In this document: piece after piece, positions 27,845 to 43,593 of the stretch
How positions within the stretch are numbered: position 1 is the stretch's first letter
Layout: each line of letters opens with the position of its first letter
NCBI GenBank assembly: GCA_951406725.2
Contig: OX597822.1
Coordinates: forward strand, 85,064,001-85,128,000
DNA: 64,000 nucleotides
Direction of reading: 5' to 3'
Origin: Octopus vulgaris
Taxonomy: Eukaryota
Made by a program: the position numbers and the translations under genes
The notes under the pieces: model-generated
What the model saw: the letters and a program-made list of their open reading frames with translations, nothing else
The model's database searches: none
What the model was told of the DNA's origin: nothing

Positions 27845-28008
27845 TACAGACAAAGATGAAGACAGGTGTATGAACAACAAGCAGGTGTATTAGTTTCATG
27901 CTCAGGAAGGTGAGAAAGTCTTTAATGTTTCGAGCCTACGCTCTTCAACAGAAAGGAACACGAGGAAATAAACAAAGAGAATACAAAAATTTGTGGATTT
28001 ACCGATTA

Positions 28009-28010
<2 letters not shown>
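27845..28010 (-). mobile_element. Hammerhead-like dispersed repeat (copy 2)
   Basis: Core at 27920-27955 on the minus strand: CTTT CTGTTGA A GAGC GTAG GCTC GAAACAT T AAAG. Confidence 0.75.
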
Positions 28011-28065
<55 letters not shown>

Positions 28066-28094
28066 AGATATATATTTGTCTATATACATATATT

Positions 28095-28138
<44 letters not shown>

Positions 28139-28380
28139 TATATACTTAGGTGTTTGTGTGTGCGTCTGTGCATGTGTTTATATTATGTGTATGTACATAT
28201 ATATTTATAATATATATATTATACATTTCTTCATATATATAAACACACATTGGGCGAATATACATGTGTGTGTTTATGTGAGCGTTTCGATACGAATATA
28301 CACATGCATACCCACACACTTTAGACATATAAATACTTTTTAATGTATATAATATAATATGCACTTAATAATTGTATGTG

Positions 28381-28427
<47 letters not shown>

Positions 28428-29081
28428 TGTCATAATATATATTGTTAGCAAGATGGCAGCAGTATCGTTTTAGCGAATTTCTTTTGGTATTTTACGTTCT
28501 GAGCTGAAATTCCGACGAGTTCGATTTTGCGTTTCATCCTTTCGTGTTCGATAAACTAAAATACCTGTCTCTTATTGGAATGGATGGAATCGACTACCTA
28601 CTCCCTAAAATATCTGAACTTTGAGACTCTTATATTAATTATATACATTCGTACATAATATTTTCAATGTAAGTTATAATTATAGTTATCTATATAAGTA
28701 CATATGAATATATATTACTATATATTTATTTAAATGATAAAATATAGTATGCGTACATATACATTTAAAACACGCACACACACACACACAACTAAATAAA
28801 AGATAACGTACAAGAATCATATAGTCAACTTCAATAGCCTACAGATGTTTCTGTTATATTATGCGGTGCACTCATAGCTCAGAGCTGTGCATCACTTTAT
28901 AGCATCCTCGGAGTAATTTTATTTGGGAAAGCATTTACATACATGGAAAAGATAACCGTCAAAAGTATTTAAAAAAAACACGTTAGAAACAGAGTATATA
29001 GTTTTGAAATTTATTTCATTTCATATTTCACACCATGCTCCCTTAATGCTTTATTCTGAAGCCAAGAATACACTGAAGTTC

Positions 29082-29122
<41 letters not shown>

Positions 29123-29330
29123 ATACATATATACATACATACATATACATATATATATACATTCATATATATATATATACATCATACATATATACATACA
29201 TATACATTCATATACATATATACATCATACATATATACATACATATATACATACATATACATTCATATATATATATATGCATATACATATATACATACAT
29301 ATATACATACATACATATATACATACATAT

Positions 29331-29361
<31 letters not shown>

Positions 29362-29626
29362 CATACATACATATATATATATATACATACATATATATAT
29401 ATATATATGAATGTAATACTAAGTAATTAAGGGTTTAGCAACGAATTGCCTCACCAACACACCGAATTTAGAAATACATATATACATATACATACATATA
29501 TACATATACATACATATATACATATATACATATACATACATATATATATATATACATACATACATACATTCATATATATATGTGTGTGTGTGTGTATGAA
29601 TGTTTGAATGTATATCAGTACGTATG

Positions 29627-29670
<44 letters not shown>

Positions 29671-29719
29671 AACACACACACAAATATATTTTATGTAAAT
29701 ATAAATATGCAATGTATAT

Positions 29720-29760
<41 letters not shown>

Positions 29761-30572
29761 AAGCATTATTATACTTTTACCGCGTCGAACACTACGCTTA
29801 GTGACATATTCTTCCCGCTCTTTATGATCTGATTTCAAATTCCATCCTGGTCCTTATTGCTTCTCATCTTTTCGGTGTGACTAAAACACGTACCAATGGA
29901 GCACTGGATACGATGTAATCGCCTCACACCTAACTCATACAAAGTTACATGTTGTACAAAGTTACAAACAACTATTGTTGTTATTATTATTATTATTATT
30001 AGTTGTAGTAGTAATAGTATTTAACTTCTACCATATGCTCTATAATATATTTCATATCTGATATTTATAAGATGTAATATCATATATCTATATCATCAAC
30101 TTTAATATATATTATTCATAATATACACAAACACACATATATACCTACCTACAAATATAAATTGGCAGTGTGAATATTTGTCATATAATATCTATACATT
30201 ATATATACGTATCTATAATATAATAATCATAATGTATATAAGTATATATACCTATTTAATGAAATTAATTATTTCATGTTTATGCATGCACGTAAACCCA
30301 CACCCACCCATAGACACACACACACAAATGTTTCTTTTTCGTAGTTACAATAAAAACCAATTTTACATTAAAAGCCCGACGATGGCTTCTCTATCAGAAA
30401 TTCCGAGTCACTTCGAAAAATACTTTTGCTTAAAAATATATATATGTATATAAGTATATTAATTTATAAATATAAGTGTAGAAATTTATAAGTTATATAC
30501 ATGTTATATACTTTTATCAGTTATGTATATTATGTCATTACTTTTCATTATGTTAATATTTAATACAGTGTT

Positions 30573-30611
<39 letters not shown>

Positions 30612-30648
30612 AACAGGTATATATCTAATTTATATATATGTCAAACAA

Positions 30649-30696
<48 letters not shown>

Positions 30697-31155
30697 AACA
30701 GATATATATATCTATTTATATAATTTATATATATAAAACAGATATATATATATCTATTTATATATATAAAACAGATATATATATATATACTATTAATGGA
30801 AATATACACTGTATATAATTTATATAAAATTGTATGTTATATATATTCATGCATGCATGTATATATATATATATATATATACATATATGTATGTGTGTGT
30901 GTATTTATGTATTTGCGTGTGTGTGTGTGTGCTATAAATGGCAATATACACTATATATAGACTATTAGATAAAAATTCTATATGATATATATATATAATC
31001 ATTATATATATACATTAATGAGATTTATATATATTTCATAGCAATAGTTACGTAATATATAACATATAACGTGCATATATATATATATATACATATGTAT
31101 GTACGTATGTAAGTATACTATGTGTTTATAATATATACTTTTATGTATATATATG

Positions 31156-31192
<37 letters not shown>

Positions 31193-31285
31193 CTTATAAA
31201 CGATACAGAATTTTATATATATTTCATGTATATTTATATATATGACGATAACTTCAATGCATTTTATGTAACATTTAATACAGAC

Positions 31286-31337
<52 letters not shown>

Positions 31338-31935
31338 TGTGTGTGTGTGAGTGTTTGTGTAAATAACCTGAAGTAAGTGAGTGTGTGAAAAGTAACCTGA
31401 AGTAAATGTGTTTTACCATTTATATAACTCTGTAAATTAGTTCCGAAGTATATCATTTCAATCAAATTATTTAAAGATACAAAAATATTTATCGAAGCGC
31501 GGGTTTTGACAAATCATTCCAAAAGACATTTTATATTCCAAAATATATTATACGCAAAACACATTGATACAGACAAATCATTTGGACATTACGAATTGCA
31601 AATATAAATTCATAATTTTATAATACCTTATTAAAATCTTTGCAGTCCATTGTAAGAAATATACTCCAAAGTACAGATATATACAGAAATAACTTTAAAA
31701 AGGAATTACATATATTATCCACCTTATAATATATATATATATATGTTCGCCAGAACAACAGTATTTATTGTAAATTTATTCGCTATAATTTGATTAGTGG
31801 TAATATATATATATTATATTCTAGAAGAGTGGTGATAAAATGCGATACGCAATATACATTATGTAATTATTATATATTATGTAATTTACACATTCAAGGG
31901 ACACGTTATATATATTACAATATATATTATTTAAT

Positions 31936-32170
31936 AAGACAGCAAGCTGGCAGAAACGTTAGCACGCCGGGCGAAATACTTAGCGGTATTTCGTCTGCCG
32001 TTACGTTCTGAGTTCAAATTCGGCCAAGGTCGATTCTGCCTTTCATCCTTTCGGGGTCGATTAAATAAGTACAACTTATGCACTGGAGTCGATGTAATCG
32101 ACTTAATCCCTTTATCTGTCTTTGTTTGTTCCCTCTATGTTTAGTCCCCTGTGAGCAATAAAGACATAAA
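31936..32170 (+). mobile_element. SINE family B, full-length
   Basis: Head AAGCTGGCAGAAACGTTAGCACGCCGGGCGAAAT, B-box-like GAGTTCAAATT, Deu/Nin-like GCCTTTCATCCTTTCGGGGTCGATTAAATAAGTAC, and tail CTCTATGTTTAGTCCCCTGTGAGCAATAAAGA. Confidence 0.85.
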
Positions 32171-33904
32171 TATATATTATCTTAATGTATATTCAATATT
32201 CACGTCTCAATATTGTACGTGAATTACTTTATATCAAATACTTTGTTATATTTTAAATAAATATAGAGATGTATGTTTTGTTTAATTAACATATATCACT
32301 TAATTGATGCATATACATCCATACATATACACACACACATATATATCATTTGTGGTAACATCTGTGTTGTAGTATACTATGCATATGCATTTTTATGGTA
32401 TTATGAGTGATACATGATGTATGTATATATATTTGAGAAAAATTATATTAACATGTCCTACTGGTTAAAGGTATGTTTATTTATTTGAGCAGCATAAGAT
32501 GGCACTACATTTAAATTGATGTAATGCTTGCATTGTTCAATTAAATGGAGTTGCTTGAAACGGTCGTACTGCATCACTACTTGATATCCTGTTGCTTATT
32601 TTGATTTTATACACCTTACTTCGATATGTGCGGATAATACCGGACTGACTTGGTGCTTCAACTTAAGTATCTAATTCAACTGAATCTCAATTATTTCTTA
32701 TGCATATACGTACGCCGAAACATACATATCAATAATAAGCACTCACCCACCCATCCAGATGTATGTAACATATCACTAATCAGCCCGGAATCATTACATT
32801 CCATAATATTAACCTTATAATCTTATTAAATGATACACACTAACACACTCACACTCGCGCGCGCGAGCGTACTATCGTTATGTATGTACATACAATACAA
32901 CGGGGAGAGCTGTGCGTGTTGTTTAAAGCAGTTAGTTGGGTTTGCATATTGTTCTAATGAACAATAATATTTGTTTAACTTTCCCTTTCTCATGAATGCA
33001 GTTGTTTAACTCGGGTTAAGCCTAATGAACCTAATCTATGGTCAAAACGTATACGAACAGTGACAAACCTTTCTGGGTTGTCTAAAAATACATTGTCTAA
33101 TATGTCCTTATTTATCTGATAAAGGAGAATTGTTATAATGGCTGCTATTTCTAGCTTAACGGACGACCACACAGGCTCTTCTCTTTCACTTATGTTGTTG
33201 TTGTTTCGTCCTAGTTCAAACCTCTTCGAGTAGGATTTATGATCCAAGATATTCCATTCAATGTCTGATATTTCTCAGTCACATGGTACACAAGAACATT
33301 TCCCAAATTTTATTTCTTTTCAATAACGTTCGGGTTTGATTTGAGGTCGATTTAGCTGCAATTTCGAGTAGAGAAACAAGAAAAAGATTTCCTCGTTGGT
33401 TTAAACTTTAAAGGACCTAAAGGTCATATAATAGTGTCCATTTCCTAGAAGTGTAAATTTACACACGCACACACAGCCAAACACATACAGACACACACAT
33501 ACACACATATGCACACACACACACACTCACGTGGGTTTATTTCTATATAGGCACGCATATATTTATGTTTATGTTTATATATATATATGCTTACATATAC
33601 CAACACAAACAAATACATAAACATATATACATCCTTTGTATATACATGTAGACACATACATACACATATACACATTCAAATATATGCATATATATATATA
33701 TATATGCTTACATATACCAATATATGCTCATATAGATATGTATACATATACACACATACTAATATATATATATATACATATTTACACATAGCATATATAT
33801 ATACACATATATACACACACATATATATATACATATAAACACATACATATATATATATACATATAAACATACATATATATAATGCTTACATTTATATATA
33901 CACG

Positions 33905-33936
<32 letters not shown>

Positions 33937-34256
33937 CATATAAACATTACATATATATAGATACATATTTATATACATATATGTATATATACATACACGC
34001 ACATTCACATAAGTATACAAATATATATATACATTTATGTATACACACGCATATACATGCAAATATACATACAATTATAGTTACAAACAAACTGACACAC
34101 TCTCACACACACATCCATCCATACTACTTGGTCAATTGTAGTCAACTATAGCCCCAGGCCGACCAATGCCTTGTCAGTGAATTTCATATATGGATTGTGT
34201 CTAATTAGGCCTTATATATATTCTATATATTCTACCGATCACAGATAATAATAATT

Positions 34257-34346
<90 letters not shown>

Positions 34347-34364
34347 TGTTATCATTTCTACTCA

Positions 34365-34753
34365 AGGCACAATGCCTTGAAAATTTTTTTAGAGAAGGGA
34401 GCTAGTTGATTACATCGACCCCAGTCCATAGCTGGTACTATTTTATCGACCCCGAAAGGATGAAAGGCAAAGTCGACTTAGGTGGAATTTATATATATAT
34501 ATATATATATACATAAAATACCTATTTCTTTACTACCCACAAGGGGCTAAACACAGAGGAGACAAATAAGGACAGACGGACGGATTAAGTCGATTATATC
34601 GACCCCAGTGCGTAACTGGTACTTAATTTATCGACCCCTTAAGGATGAAAGGCAAAGTCGACCTCGGCGGAATTTGAACTCAGAACGTAACGGCAGACGA
34701 AATACGGCTACGCATTTCACCCGGCGTGCTTACGATTCTGCCAGCTCGCCGTC

Positions 34754-34755
<2 letters not shown>
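34365..34755 (-). mobile_element. Two adjacent SINE family B copies (partial 34365-34490; full 34521-34755)
   Basis: Both contain TCGACCCC...AAGGATGAAAGGCAAAGTCGAC. The second has the full head and the tail TATTTCTTTACTACCCACAAGGGGCTAAACACAGAG. Confidence 0.85.
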
Positions 34756-34804
<49 letters not shown>

Positions 34805-34836
34805 GTAATCATTATAATAATAATAATAGTAATCAT

Positions 34837-34877
<41 letters not shown>

Positions 34878-35026
34878 GTTTGTTTCTTAGGGACAGCAAA
34901 GATTATCAGGAGAGTTCTAAGCACCTGAAAAACTAGTGAAAACTTGTGGATACCCAAAGTTACTAGCAGTAACCCGCTACCCACATAACTCCTACCAGGA
35001 ATAAGACCGAACCTGGGTCAAACCAA
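34878..35026 (+). mobile_element. 5'-truncated 3' end of a Dong/R4-like RLE element inside (AAT)n
   Basis: Reads VCFLGTAKIIRRVLST* followed by a ~100-bp UTR. (AAT)n on both sides. Confidence 0.7.
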
Positions 35027-37074
35027 AATAATAATAATAATGATAGTAATAATACTTTATTTACTTTATAATAATGTCTTAGAGACTATTGGGTCCATTG
35101 GAAGAGAGAGACACAAATAGAAGAAAATCGCGAAAACTCTCGTGTGTGTGTGTATATATATGTATATATATACAGACATTTGACGGGTTTCTTTTAGTTT
35201 CCACCCACCAAATCCACTCACACAGTGGAACTGAAACCGGAACCTTGTGGTTGGGAAGCACGCACATCGGCGCCTGCGTCTATATTTGAAATTGTTTCAT
35301 TGTTTTATATGTAGACATGTATTCCCAGTTAATGAATGAATTTGTAAATACGAAAAAAAAAAATGTCTCTCAAATTTCTGGAGTTTATTATTCCCGAGTT
35401 TCTTGTTGTTCGTTGCTTTCGTATTAATTTATTTAACGCACAGTTTTTCAACCAGTTTTTGCCTATTTACCTCATTGACACAAATTTTACTCATTTGAAA
35501 TCTCACAGCCATTTGATGCTTAAAAATCCTACAATGCTTTTTATAATTAATTATTAAGAGGAATCGTATAAAAAAATATTAAGATAGTTTGTGATTTGTA
35601 GAAATATAAGCTATTAAAGGTAAATTTTAACAACAATATGGACCCCGGTTGAGAACCACTGGTCTAACGGCTATGTTATTTTGCCTTCCAGATGGAGCTC
35701 AACATCATTGTCTTCTGAGCAGAACCAAAAGTACTGCATACAGAGACAGTTAATATCACCACGTTAAATAGCAGATGGAAATTCAACGGAAAGCTACATC
35801 TTTCAACATAGTTGCCAAGCCGTCGGCGGAACCAGTAAGTGGACGCACAACGTGAAAGAAATAGCAACCAAATTCCCTCATCTAAAAACTAGAAGAGATC
35901 ATCAACCAATGAGACGCAAAAGCCCTTGATGGTCAAGGCTAAATGTCTTTGATCATCGGCTAACTCAATCAGGACTGACCTAGGGCTAAACAAGAATATA
36001 TTTGATGAGCAATAAAGCAAACTTCTATCTGGTCGATCAATACGTAGCAATAACTGCCTAATTTCTTTAAAATCACTCATGAATATCTTAAATAAGGAAA
36101 TGACATATATTGCCAAAATATTTAGAGTGTGAAAAGTTGGAATGCTTTATATTTATTATAGGTTGGCTTCACCACACCTAATCAGTGGTGGTTATAGATC
36201 TTCACGATAAGACCAGATCTGGGGCGAAACGACAAATTATTTGTGATTACTGATTGTCAATTAGGAAACAGAACAACAGTTGGTTATTCAAAGCAGCAAA
36301 CAATGCGCGCGCGCACTGTCATCACTATTCAATATTGATATGTGACACCAATTGATAAAAGAAACCTTGGTGAAGGTGCTTGACTCTCAAATAACCAATA
36401 CCACGGACCGATAAGTAGCTTCTATATGGTCACTTGATCTGTTTTAGGTAGCAACTAAATCTTCAGCTAATCACATCCTAGTGTCTTAACTAAGATTTTT
36501 TAAAAATAAGGAAAACTTATTGATAAACATAATTCAAGTTTTACAAAAGGGCTTTGATGTTGGCTCAATCTTCACTGATCTGAGCACTGACTTATGATAT
36601 TTAGGAGTAATGGTCAGTTCTGGCCAGTAAATCGGATGGAACAAAGGTATCCTCGAACCAAGCACTGGTCTGAATGTTTGCAACAAACTAGATTTCGCTA
36701 AGGTATCCCAGAATCTGGTGGCGGGTATTAAACCGGGTGGTGGGTTAGACGTCCCACCCAATTAGGCCTCAGTGGAACTCGAAGCGTAAAGAGGTGGAAC
36801 AAATATTGAAAAATATTCCATCCGAGGTTTCTAACGATTTCGTCACCCGTGTCTGGTACTTTATCTAACGACCCATGAGGTTCGGGATGGCAGGAAAAAT
36901 TGACTTCAGTCGGATATAAACACAGAACATAGCAAATCGGAGTATATACAGGGATACACACAGTGTGATATAACCACACAATATGCTTGACGCATGTTCA
37001 AACTCGTGAGAAAGCCACACACTGTATTTTGAGAAAGAGAAAGTACTTCGCAGTCCCTAACACTATATATATAC

Positions 37075-37445
37075 CATTCGTTCTCAACCGGGCTGGATAT
37101 AAAATTTTTGTGGGGTCCATGCAAGCAAAATAGTAAACTGGGAATCCACACTGGGATTTTAAGGGACCATGAAAAATTTTGATCAAGATGTATTTATTGC
37201 AGGAAGCAGTTAGGTTTCTTTCTCTAATGTTTTACGTAGAATATTTCTGGCCGGTGAAACACGTTCTGCCTGAAGATGCTCGGTGCAAACCTACACAACT
37301 TAATGAGTAAAAAAGAAAATAGGAATTTTTGAAAGAGATATCTAGAAAACCAGTCTTTAAACATGGAATGGCTATGGTGGTGGGATCCACCGGAATAGAA
37401 TAACAATCAAAGAAGTAAAATAAAAAAAAGGGCTGAGAACTACTG
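37075..37445. mobile_element. hAT-like MITE
   Basis: Ends CATTCGTTCTCAACC and GGCTGAGAACTACTG. The internal sequence (GGAATTTTTGAAAGA.ATATCTA) is shared with about 23930-24302. Confidence 0.6.
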
Positions 37446-37540
37446 GTCTCCAACACAAAATGCAGTGGGTTCGAATATGCCTAAGGCATTTTGGAACTGG
37501 TAACAAGAGATTAGCGCTTTTATTTTGTCACACAGACGCA

Positions 37541-37577
<37 letters not shown>

Positions 37578-38345
37578 CGCGAGTGGTGTGATGCCTTATT
37601 CTTTCAATATCCTCGGAAAAAAATTTTCGGTTGCTTAACTGAACGTCTCGTGTGTGTGCGTCTCATCTCTGCACTTTTTAAACCCGTCCTAAACTTTTAA
37701 GACTCTCCCTGTTGCAAAAATGGGTGAAATCTGAAATTTGTTCCTTGTTTTAAATGTAAACATGTCTTAGTGGTTAATGAACACGCGCACCCACCCACCC
37801 ACACACACATACACACACACAGATGAAATTGTACAATATTACAGATACACAACAGCAGAGCTTAACAATCGGTTTTGCACAGGATATTAGGTAATCAGAC
37901 ACACAAGTAGATGCATGTGTGTGTACCTAAATATGTATAAATCAGTGGCTTTGTTAATTGCAATGTACTTTCTGGCTTAAATTAATTATTTACCCGCTAA
38001 TGAGTGCATGATAAATACTACAACTCTAATTTTGTTCTATACTTAAAGATACTGGGTGCATATTCATAAGAGTGCATAATTTTTGTGTGTATATATAAAT
38101 ATTAGTCTCTCAATGATCAGAGAGTTAAGATTTTGCACCAATTTTACCAAATTTGTTGTCTACGTGTGCGTTTCGTTGTATACAACTATGTGTGTGTGTG
38201 TATATATACAAATATTCACATACACGCACACATATACACACGCACATACACATATACACACACTCGCACACATACATTAATATGGCGATGCAAGCAGGAA
38301 AAATAAAACTCAAAATATACATACATTTTATTAACATTTAGGAAA

Positions 38346-38428
38346 AGCAACGGGATCACGCAAGGAACCCAGAGTTTCGTTCCTTAGTTTAGTAAGTACT
38401 AACGAAACCCTTGCGTCGCTCCGTTGCT
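38346..38428. repeat. GC-rich nested hairpin (~83 nt)
   Basis: AGCAACGG..ACGCAAGG...GTTTCGTT pairs with AACGAAAC.CCTTGCGT...CCGTTGCT. Confidence 0.6.
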
Positions 38429-38450
38429 ACTGCTATATATGTATATGCAC

Positions 38451-38497
<47 letters not shown>

Positions 38498-38619
38498 GGT
38501 GTATATATCTATATATATATGTGTGTGTGTATACATCTCTCTCTATATACATATATATATATACATCATATTATATTATATATATATATATATATAGGTG
38601 TATATATCTATATATATAT

Positions 38620-38915
38620 ATGTGTATACATCTATATATATATGTGTATACATCTATATATATATGTGTATACATCTATATATATATGTGTATACATCTA
38701 TATATATATGTGTATACATCTATATATATATGTGTGTATACATCTATGTATATATGTGTGTATACATCTATGTATATATGTGTGTGTACATCTATGTATA
38801 TATGTGTGTATACATCTATGTATATATGTGTGTATACATCTATGTATATATGTGTGTATACATCTATGTATATATGTGTGTATACATCTATGTATATATG
38901 TGTGTATACATCTAT
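38620..38915 (+). repeat. 22-24-bp minisatellite (TATACATCTATGTATATATGTGTG)n
   Basis: About 13 tandem units seen directly. Confidence 0.85.
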
Positions 38916-39042
38916 ATATATATATATATACATCATATTATATATATATATATACATATCTACATCATATTATATGTATATATATACATATCTACATCAT
39001 ATTATATGTATATATATATATATACACAGACATATCTACATC

Positions 39043-39090
<48 letters not shown>

Positions 39091-39433
39091 AACATATACA
39101 CATACATATACACACACATACACACATATGACATCAAACCGTAGAAACCGTGCCAAGTCTGGTGCAACCCCTCAGCTTACAAGCCTTGGTCAAACCATCC
39201 AACTCATGCCAGCATGGACAACGGACATTAAAGCATGATGATGATGATACATACATATATACATATATAAACACATACATATATACGCACATATATATAC
39301 ACACACGTATACATACACACACACAAATATATATACAGGCATATACACACACATATATATATATATATATACACACACACATACACAGATATATATACGC
39401 ATACATATATATCTATACGCGTAGATACACACA

Positions 39434-39479
<46 letters not shown>

Positions 39480-39526
39480 CATATATATATGCATATACAC
39501 ACATATATATATACACACATACACAC

Positions 39527-39567
<41 letters not shown>

Positions 39568-39596
39568 TATATATACATGCGTATATATTTATATAT

Positions 39597-39631
<35 letters not shown>

Positions 39632-40624
39632 ACGGGAAGCTTTATGAAAATAAAAAAAAGACGAAGGCAGGTGGAATACATACACACAGACATATATATG
39701 TATATATATATATCTAATTATTTAAAAACACACACATGCACACACACACACACATATAAGTGTATGTTTATGATTATGTTCATAGTTATAAAGTTGTATG
39801 TGTGTGGGTGGGGTTGCGCACGCTTGAACGACGCATAACAACGCGCGTGTGTGAGTATGTTTGTTAATTACTGCCTCTAATTTAATGTTACTTACAGTAC
39901 ATCTGTATGTTTATGTCTATATATTTTTGTGTGTGTATACGTATGTATACATACACACACGACGTGTTTCTTTCAGTTCCCGTCTATCAAACCGACTTCC
40001 AAGGCTTTGGTTGGCCCAGAGCTATAGTACAACACATTTAAGCAAGGAGCCACGCAGTGGGACTGAACCTGGAACCATGTGGTTGGTTGGGAAGCAAACT
40101 ATATATATATATACACACACACACTCACATGTATGTGTAAGCCAGCATCTCTCTCCATTTATTAAGTTTGGGTTGTGTCTTAGATTACACTCTGAGTGTT
40201 TAGCGGATGTATGTGCAATGAAATGTTACAGATTATGAACATAGAAACCAGTGCACTGTATACACACGTGCAAATACCTGAATATATATGTGTGTATATA
40301 AAAACATTACTGAAAACTTACACACACACACACACACACACATATATATGTTAATATATATACATATATGTGTGTGTGTATAAATAAATTTATAGATACT
40401 CACGTAAATATTCACATGTATATTCACACACACACACACACATATATATAGGGTAGAAAAATTAGAAAAGTATACACTAATTTTATATGTATATATATAT
40501 GTGTGTGTGTGTGTATAAACGCATATATGCATATCTATGTATTTCCAACGACACGCATCCATTTCCAAGTATCTATCTATATATCTATATATCTATCTAT
40601 ATATCTATCTATCTAGCTAGCTAG

Positions 40625-40669
<45 letters not shown>

Positions 40670-40963
40670 CATACTCACACACATGCATAAAAACACACGC
40701 ACACACACATGCATATAGTACAATTGCTCAGCTGGCCGAATATTCCAAGTCATTGCCAAGAACATTCATGTTTAAGATTGATAAATTTATTCTCTGCAAA
40801 AGTATAGATGAACCTTTTAGATTAATTTAAAACTGATTTTATCATAACTCAACATAAAAAAACAAACATTAGCATGTATGAGAGGAGCTGTCGATATGCG
40901 TCTATATGTACACGTTGCAACGCATGTTTAAATATGTATATAGTGTATATATTCTATATCTAT

Positions 40964-41021
<58 letters not shown>

Positions 41022-41057
41022 GTAAGCGTGTATGTAAGATGATAATGTGCTTGTGCT

Positions 41058-41101
<44 letters not shown>

Positions 41102-42167
41102 ATTTTATATTTATCTAATTACGTGTAAGATGATTGTGAGAAACCCTTTTTGTTTATATAGTAGTAATGAGCGAAGTTTTGCATATTTGCTTATACACGC
41201 ACGTGTATGCACAAATTCACACATCTATACAGAGATGGGTGAAATTGTGGGTTTATAATGTAAATCTATCCTTTAGCTTCGTTATCCTATTTCGGATTTT
41301 ATATATAAAATTAACACAGACGCACAAACACGTATCAAAACTGGCCACAAATGGTTAATATTACAGCATACATTATTCAACAGACTATATTCACAGATAT
41401 GTAATACAAGGAATAATTATGTAACTTCTATGTGATCTGCTAGAAAGAGCAACCAAATCTTCCATAAATTACACACTATCATTTTTTGAAAAACAAGACA
41501 CGTTAGATGTTGCAGTCTGACATGCACTCAATCTGGGTAAAGGATTTAAAAAAAAAAAAAAAAAAGAAAGAAAAAAATGAACGACATGAAATGTTTATGG
41601 TTTATACCCTTTTGATCATGGATTGAGTGGAACATGGACAGGCTGAGTTTAACGAGAACAGCAACAATGTTAAAGAGATGACAACTCATCCCACTGATGA
41701 CGAAACACTTCCAAGTTGTAAATTGTTTCATAAAACAAGCAGCTTAGTCTCTTGTTAATAGCATTGTTCTCATCCAATTAGAACTGGAAGAAATTAAAGT
41801 GTTGGGTTGCTCCAAGTGACTGTTGGCTTCCAGTGTTTTTAGTGGATAAACACAAGCAATTAAGAAATATTGTTAAAAGTTTGATATTAATTTAGTTGTT
41901 CTGATAGGAATTGTGTGTATGTGTGGTGAGTGTGGGTATGTTTGTGTGCATGTCTATGTGTGTGTGTGTATTATAACACTAGGGTTTTTTTTTAAAAAGT
42001 TATTTTTTAAACAAAATATGCAAAAGAATTAATTGTCAAACCATCAAAATCAGAAATGTTTTACTGTTAAAAACCAATTTGGACACAATAATGGTAATTA
42101 AATTTCTATTCCTACTCAAGTTAGAAATTATCAATCAATAAGCAATAAAGATAGTAGCGCCACTTAC

Positions 42168-42764
42168 CGGTCGATTCCTGGAAGCACTTAAACAAAATGT
42201 ACACACTGGTTTTGGCATATCATGTCCTCTTATCATTGCTTGGTGTTTAATACAAGGCTGATCGATACTGTTCGATCCGACCATTAATACAGTGTTCAGA
42301 TGAGCAATATAACTGGTTGCCAGTCGCAAAGTCTCGATTTTCGATAATTTGCGATCGGCTGGTTCTGTTGGGATTAATGTTCGAAGTGTAACAAAAGCTG
42401 TGTTCACACTATGTGTGCGGTCACGTTCCCTGGCGTTAGCAGCCATTCGTTGTCGTGGAATCTGCGAAGTTGGAGGTATAACTGTGGCCGGAGAAGAGGG
42501 CCCGTGAGACGTAGGTGAGTTTTTGCGCTTACGATTCACTTTAGGTCCACTGTTGTTGTTGTTGTTCTTACTCCCGTGGGTTGTAGCACTACTGCGACGA
42601 CTAGCACTGCACGAGTCCTCTGTAGACCAGGAACTTTCGCTACAATCTGACAGGCTGCAGCCAGCCGATTCCTGATGCTGTATAGGCACTGCCAAATCGT
42701 CTTCCCCAACTTTCGTTTTCTTGTGACAAGGCTCGTTGTAGACTGGACGTAGATTGTCTCCCAT
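42168..42764 (-). CDS. TCF15: Paraxis/Scleraxis (TCF15/SCX)-family bHLH transcription factor, main coding exon (about 199 aa, continues after an intron)
   Basis: Translation contains [53 protein letters not shown] (Paraxis/Scleraxis-type bHLH) and the family C-terminal motif [10 protein letters not shown]. The N-terminus MGDNLRPV resembles the vertebrate M...LRP start, so the ATG at 42764 is preferred over the in-frame ATG at 42839. A phase-0 donor CCG|GTAAGT lies at 42168/42167. An invertebrate gene would be co-orthologous to TCF15 and SCX. Confidence 0.93.
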
Positions 42765-43029
42765 ATCCAGACAAACATTCAATTGAGTAGGGTAGCGCGG
42801 GGAACGTGCTTGAAGGCCGTTCTGGGAGGTGTGGCGCATCGGCCAGAACAGTCAGACACCGTTCTGGGCGGCCCAATTCGAACAGACATAAACAAGCGCA
42901 GCGACTTCCAGCCTTTCTTTAGGAGTGGAATTTTGATATTGCTGCTAATAATGATAATAATAATAATAATAATAATAGTAAAGCCGAATTAATTCTTTTC
43001 GTTTTTATCTTTTGTATGTGTACGCACGC

Positions 43030-43130
43030 TCGGTAAATTAATCCTTGTCAGCCTTTGCGAGTCAATAATTAAATACTAATTAATTATTAAATGGATTAAT
43101 GAAGAAGAAAAAAAACGGGCTATAAGTAAT
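43030..43130 (-). promoter_or_regulatory. Putative proximal regulatory region of the bHLH gene with clustered homeodomain-type TAAT sites
   Basis: Non-repetitive sequence 270-370 bp upstream of the ATG, with TAATCC (43039-43044), GGATTA (43093-43098) and several TAATTA. Based on position and motifs only. Confidence 0.3.
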
Positions 43131-43521
43131 AAATGTGTAAAATGGTTCTACATATTCCAACCAGTGTTAGAGTGAGAGCGAGGAACGTAACACTGATTAA
43201 GGAAGGGAATACAATGAGACAAACGAAATAAATAAAAAATCAGACATATTCACACAATTACACATGCTTAACTCCATCAGGGTTCGGTAGCAGAGGCGAG
43301 AAGTAGTTCAAAAGTAGAGAGACTATCTCGATTATTCTTTACTATTATACTAAGACAACATTTTGAAGGAGGATCTAAATTATATTTAAAAATAAAAAAC
43401 ACAGAAATATTAAATGAACTTGAGACCAAAATCGAATCTACTCTTTTAGATGTTAGGTTATTTTTTTCCTTCAAGAGTAAAAAATATATAACATAATATG
43501 TATAGATGGATGCATGCATAT

Positions 43522-43593
<72 letters not shown>

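Noticed and set aside
41503-41532. Nearby candidate exon 2 (polypyrimidine...ACCCAG|IECMSDCNI*)
   Set aside because: It overlaps a common degenerate dispersed repeat and has no similarity to family C-termini that I can recognise. Not excluded, but unsupported.
42765-42839. N-terminal extension from the upstream in-frame ATG
   Set aside because: The downstream MGDNLRPV matches the family start better, so the extension is probably 5' UTR. This cannot be settled from sequence alone.
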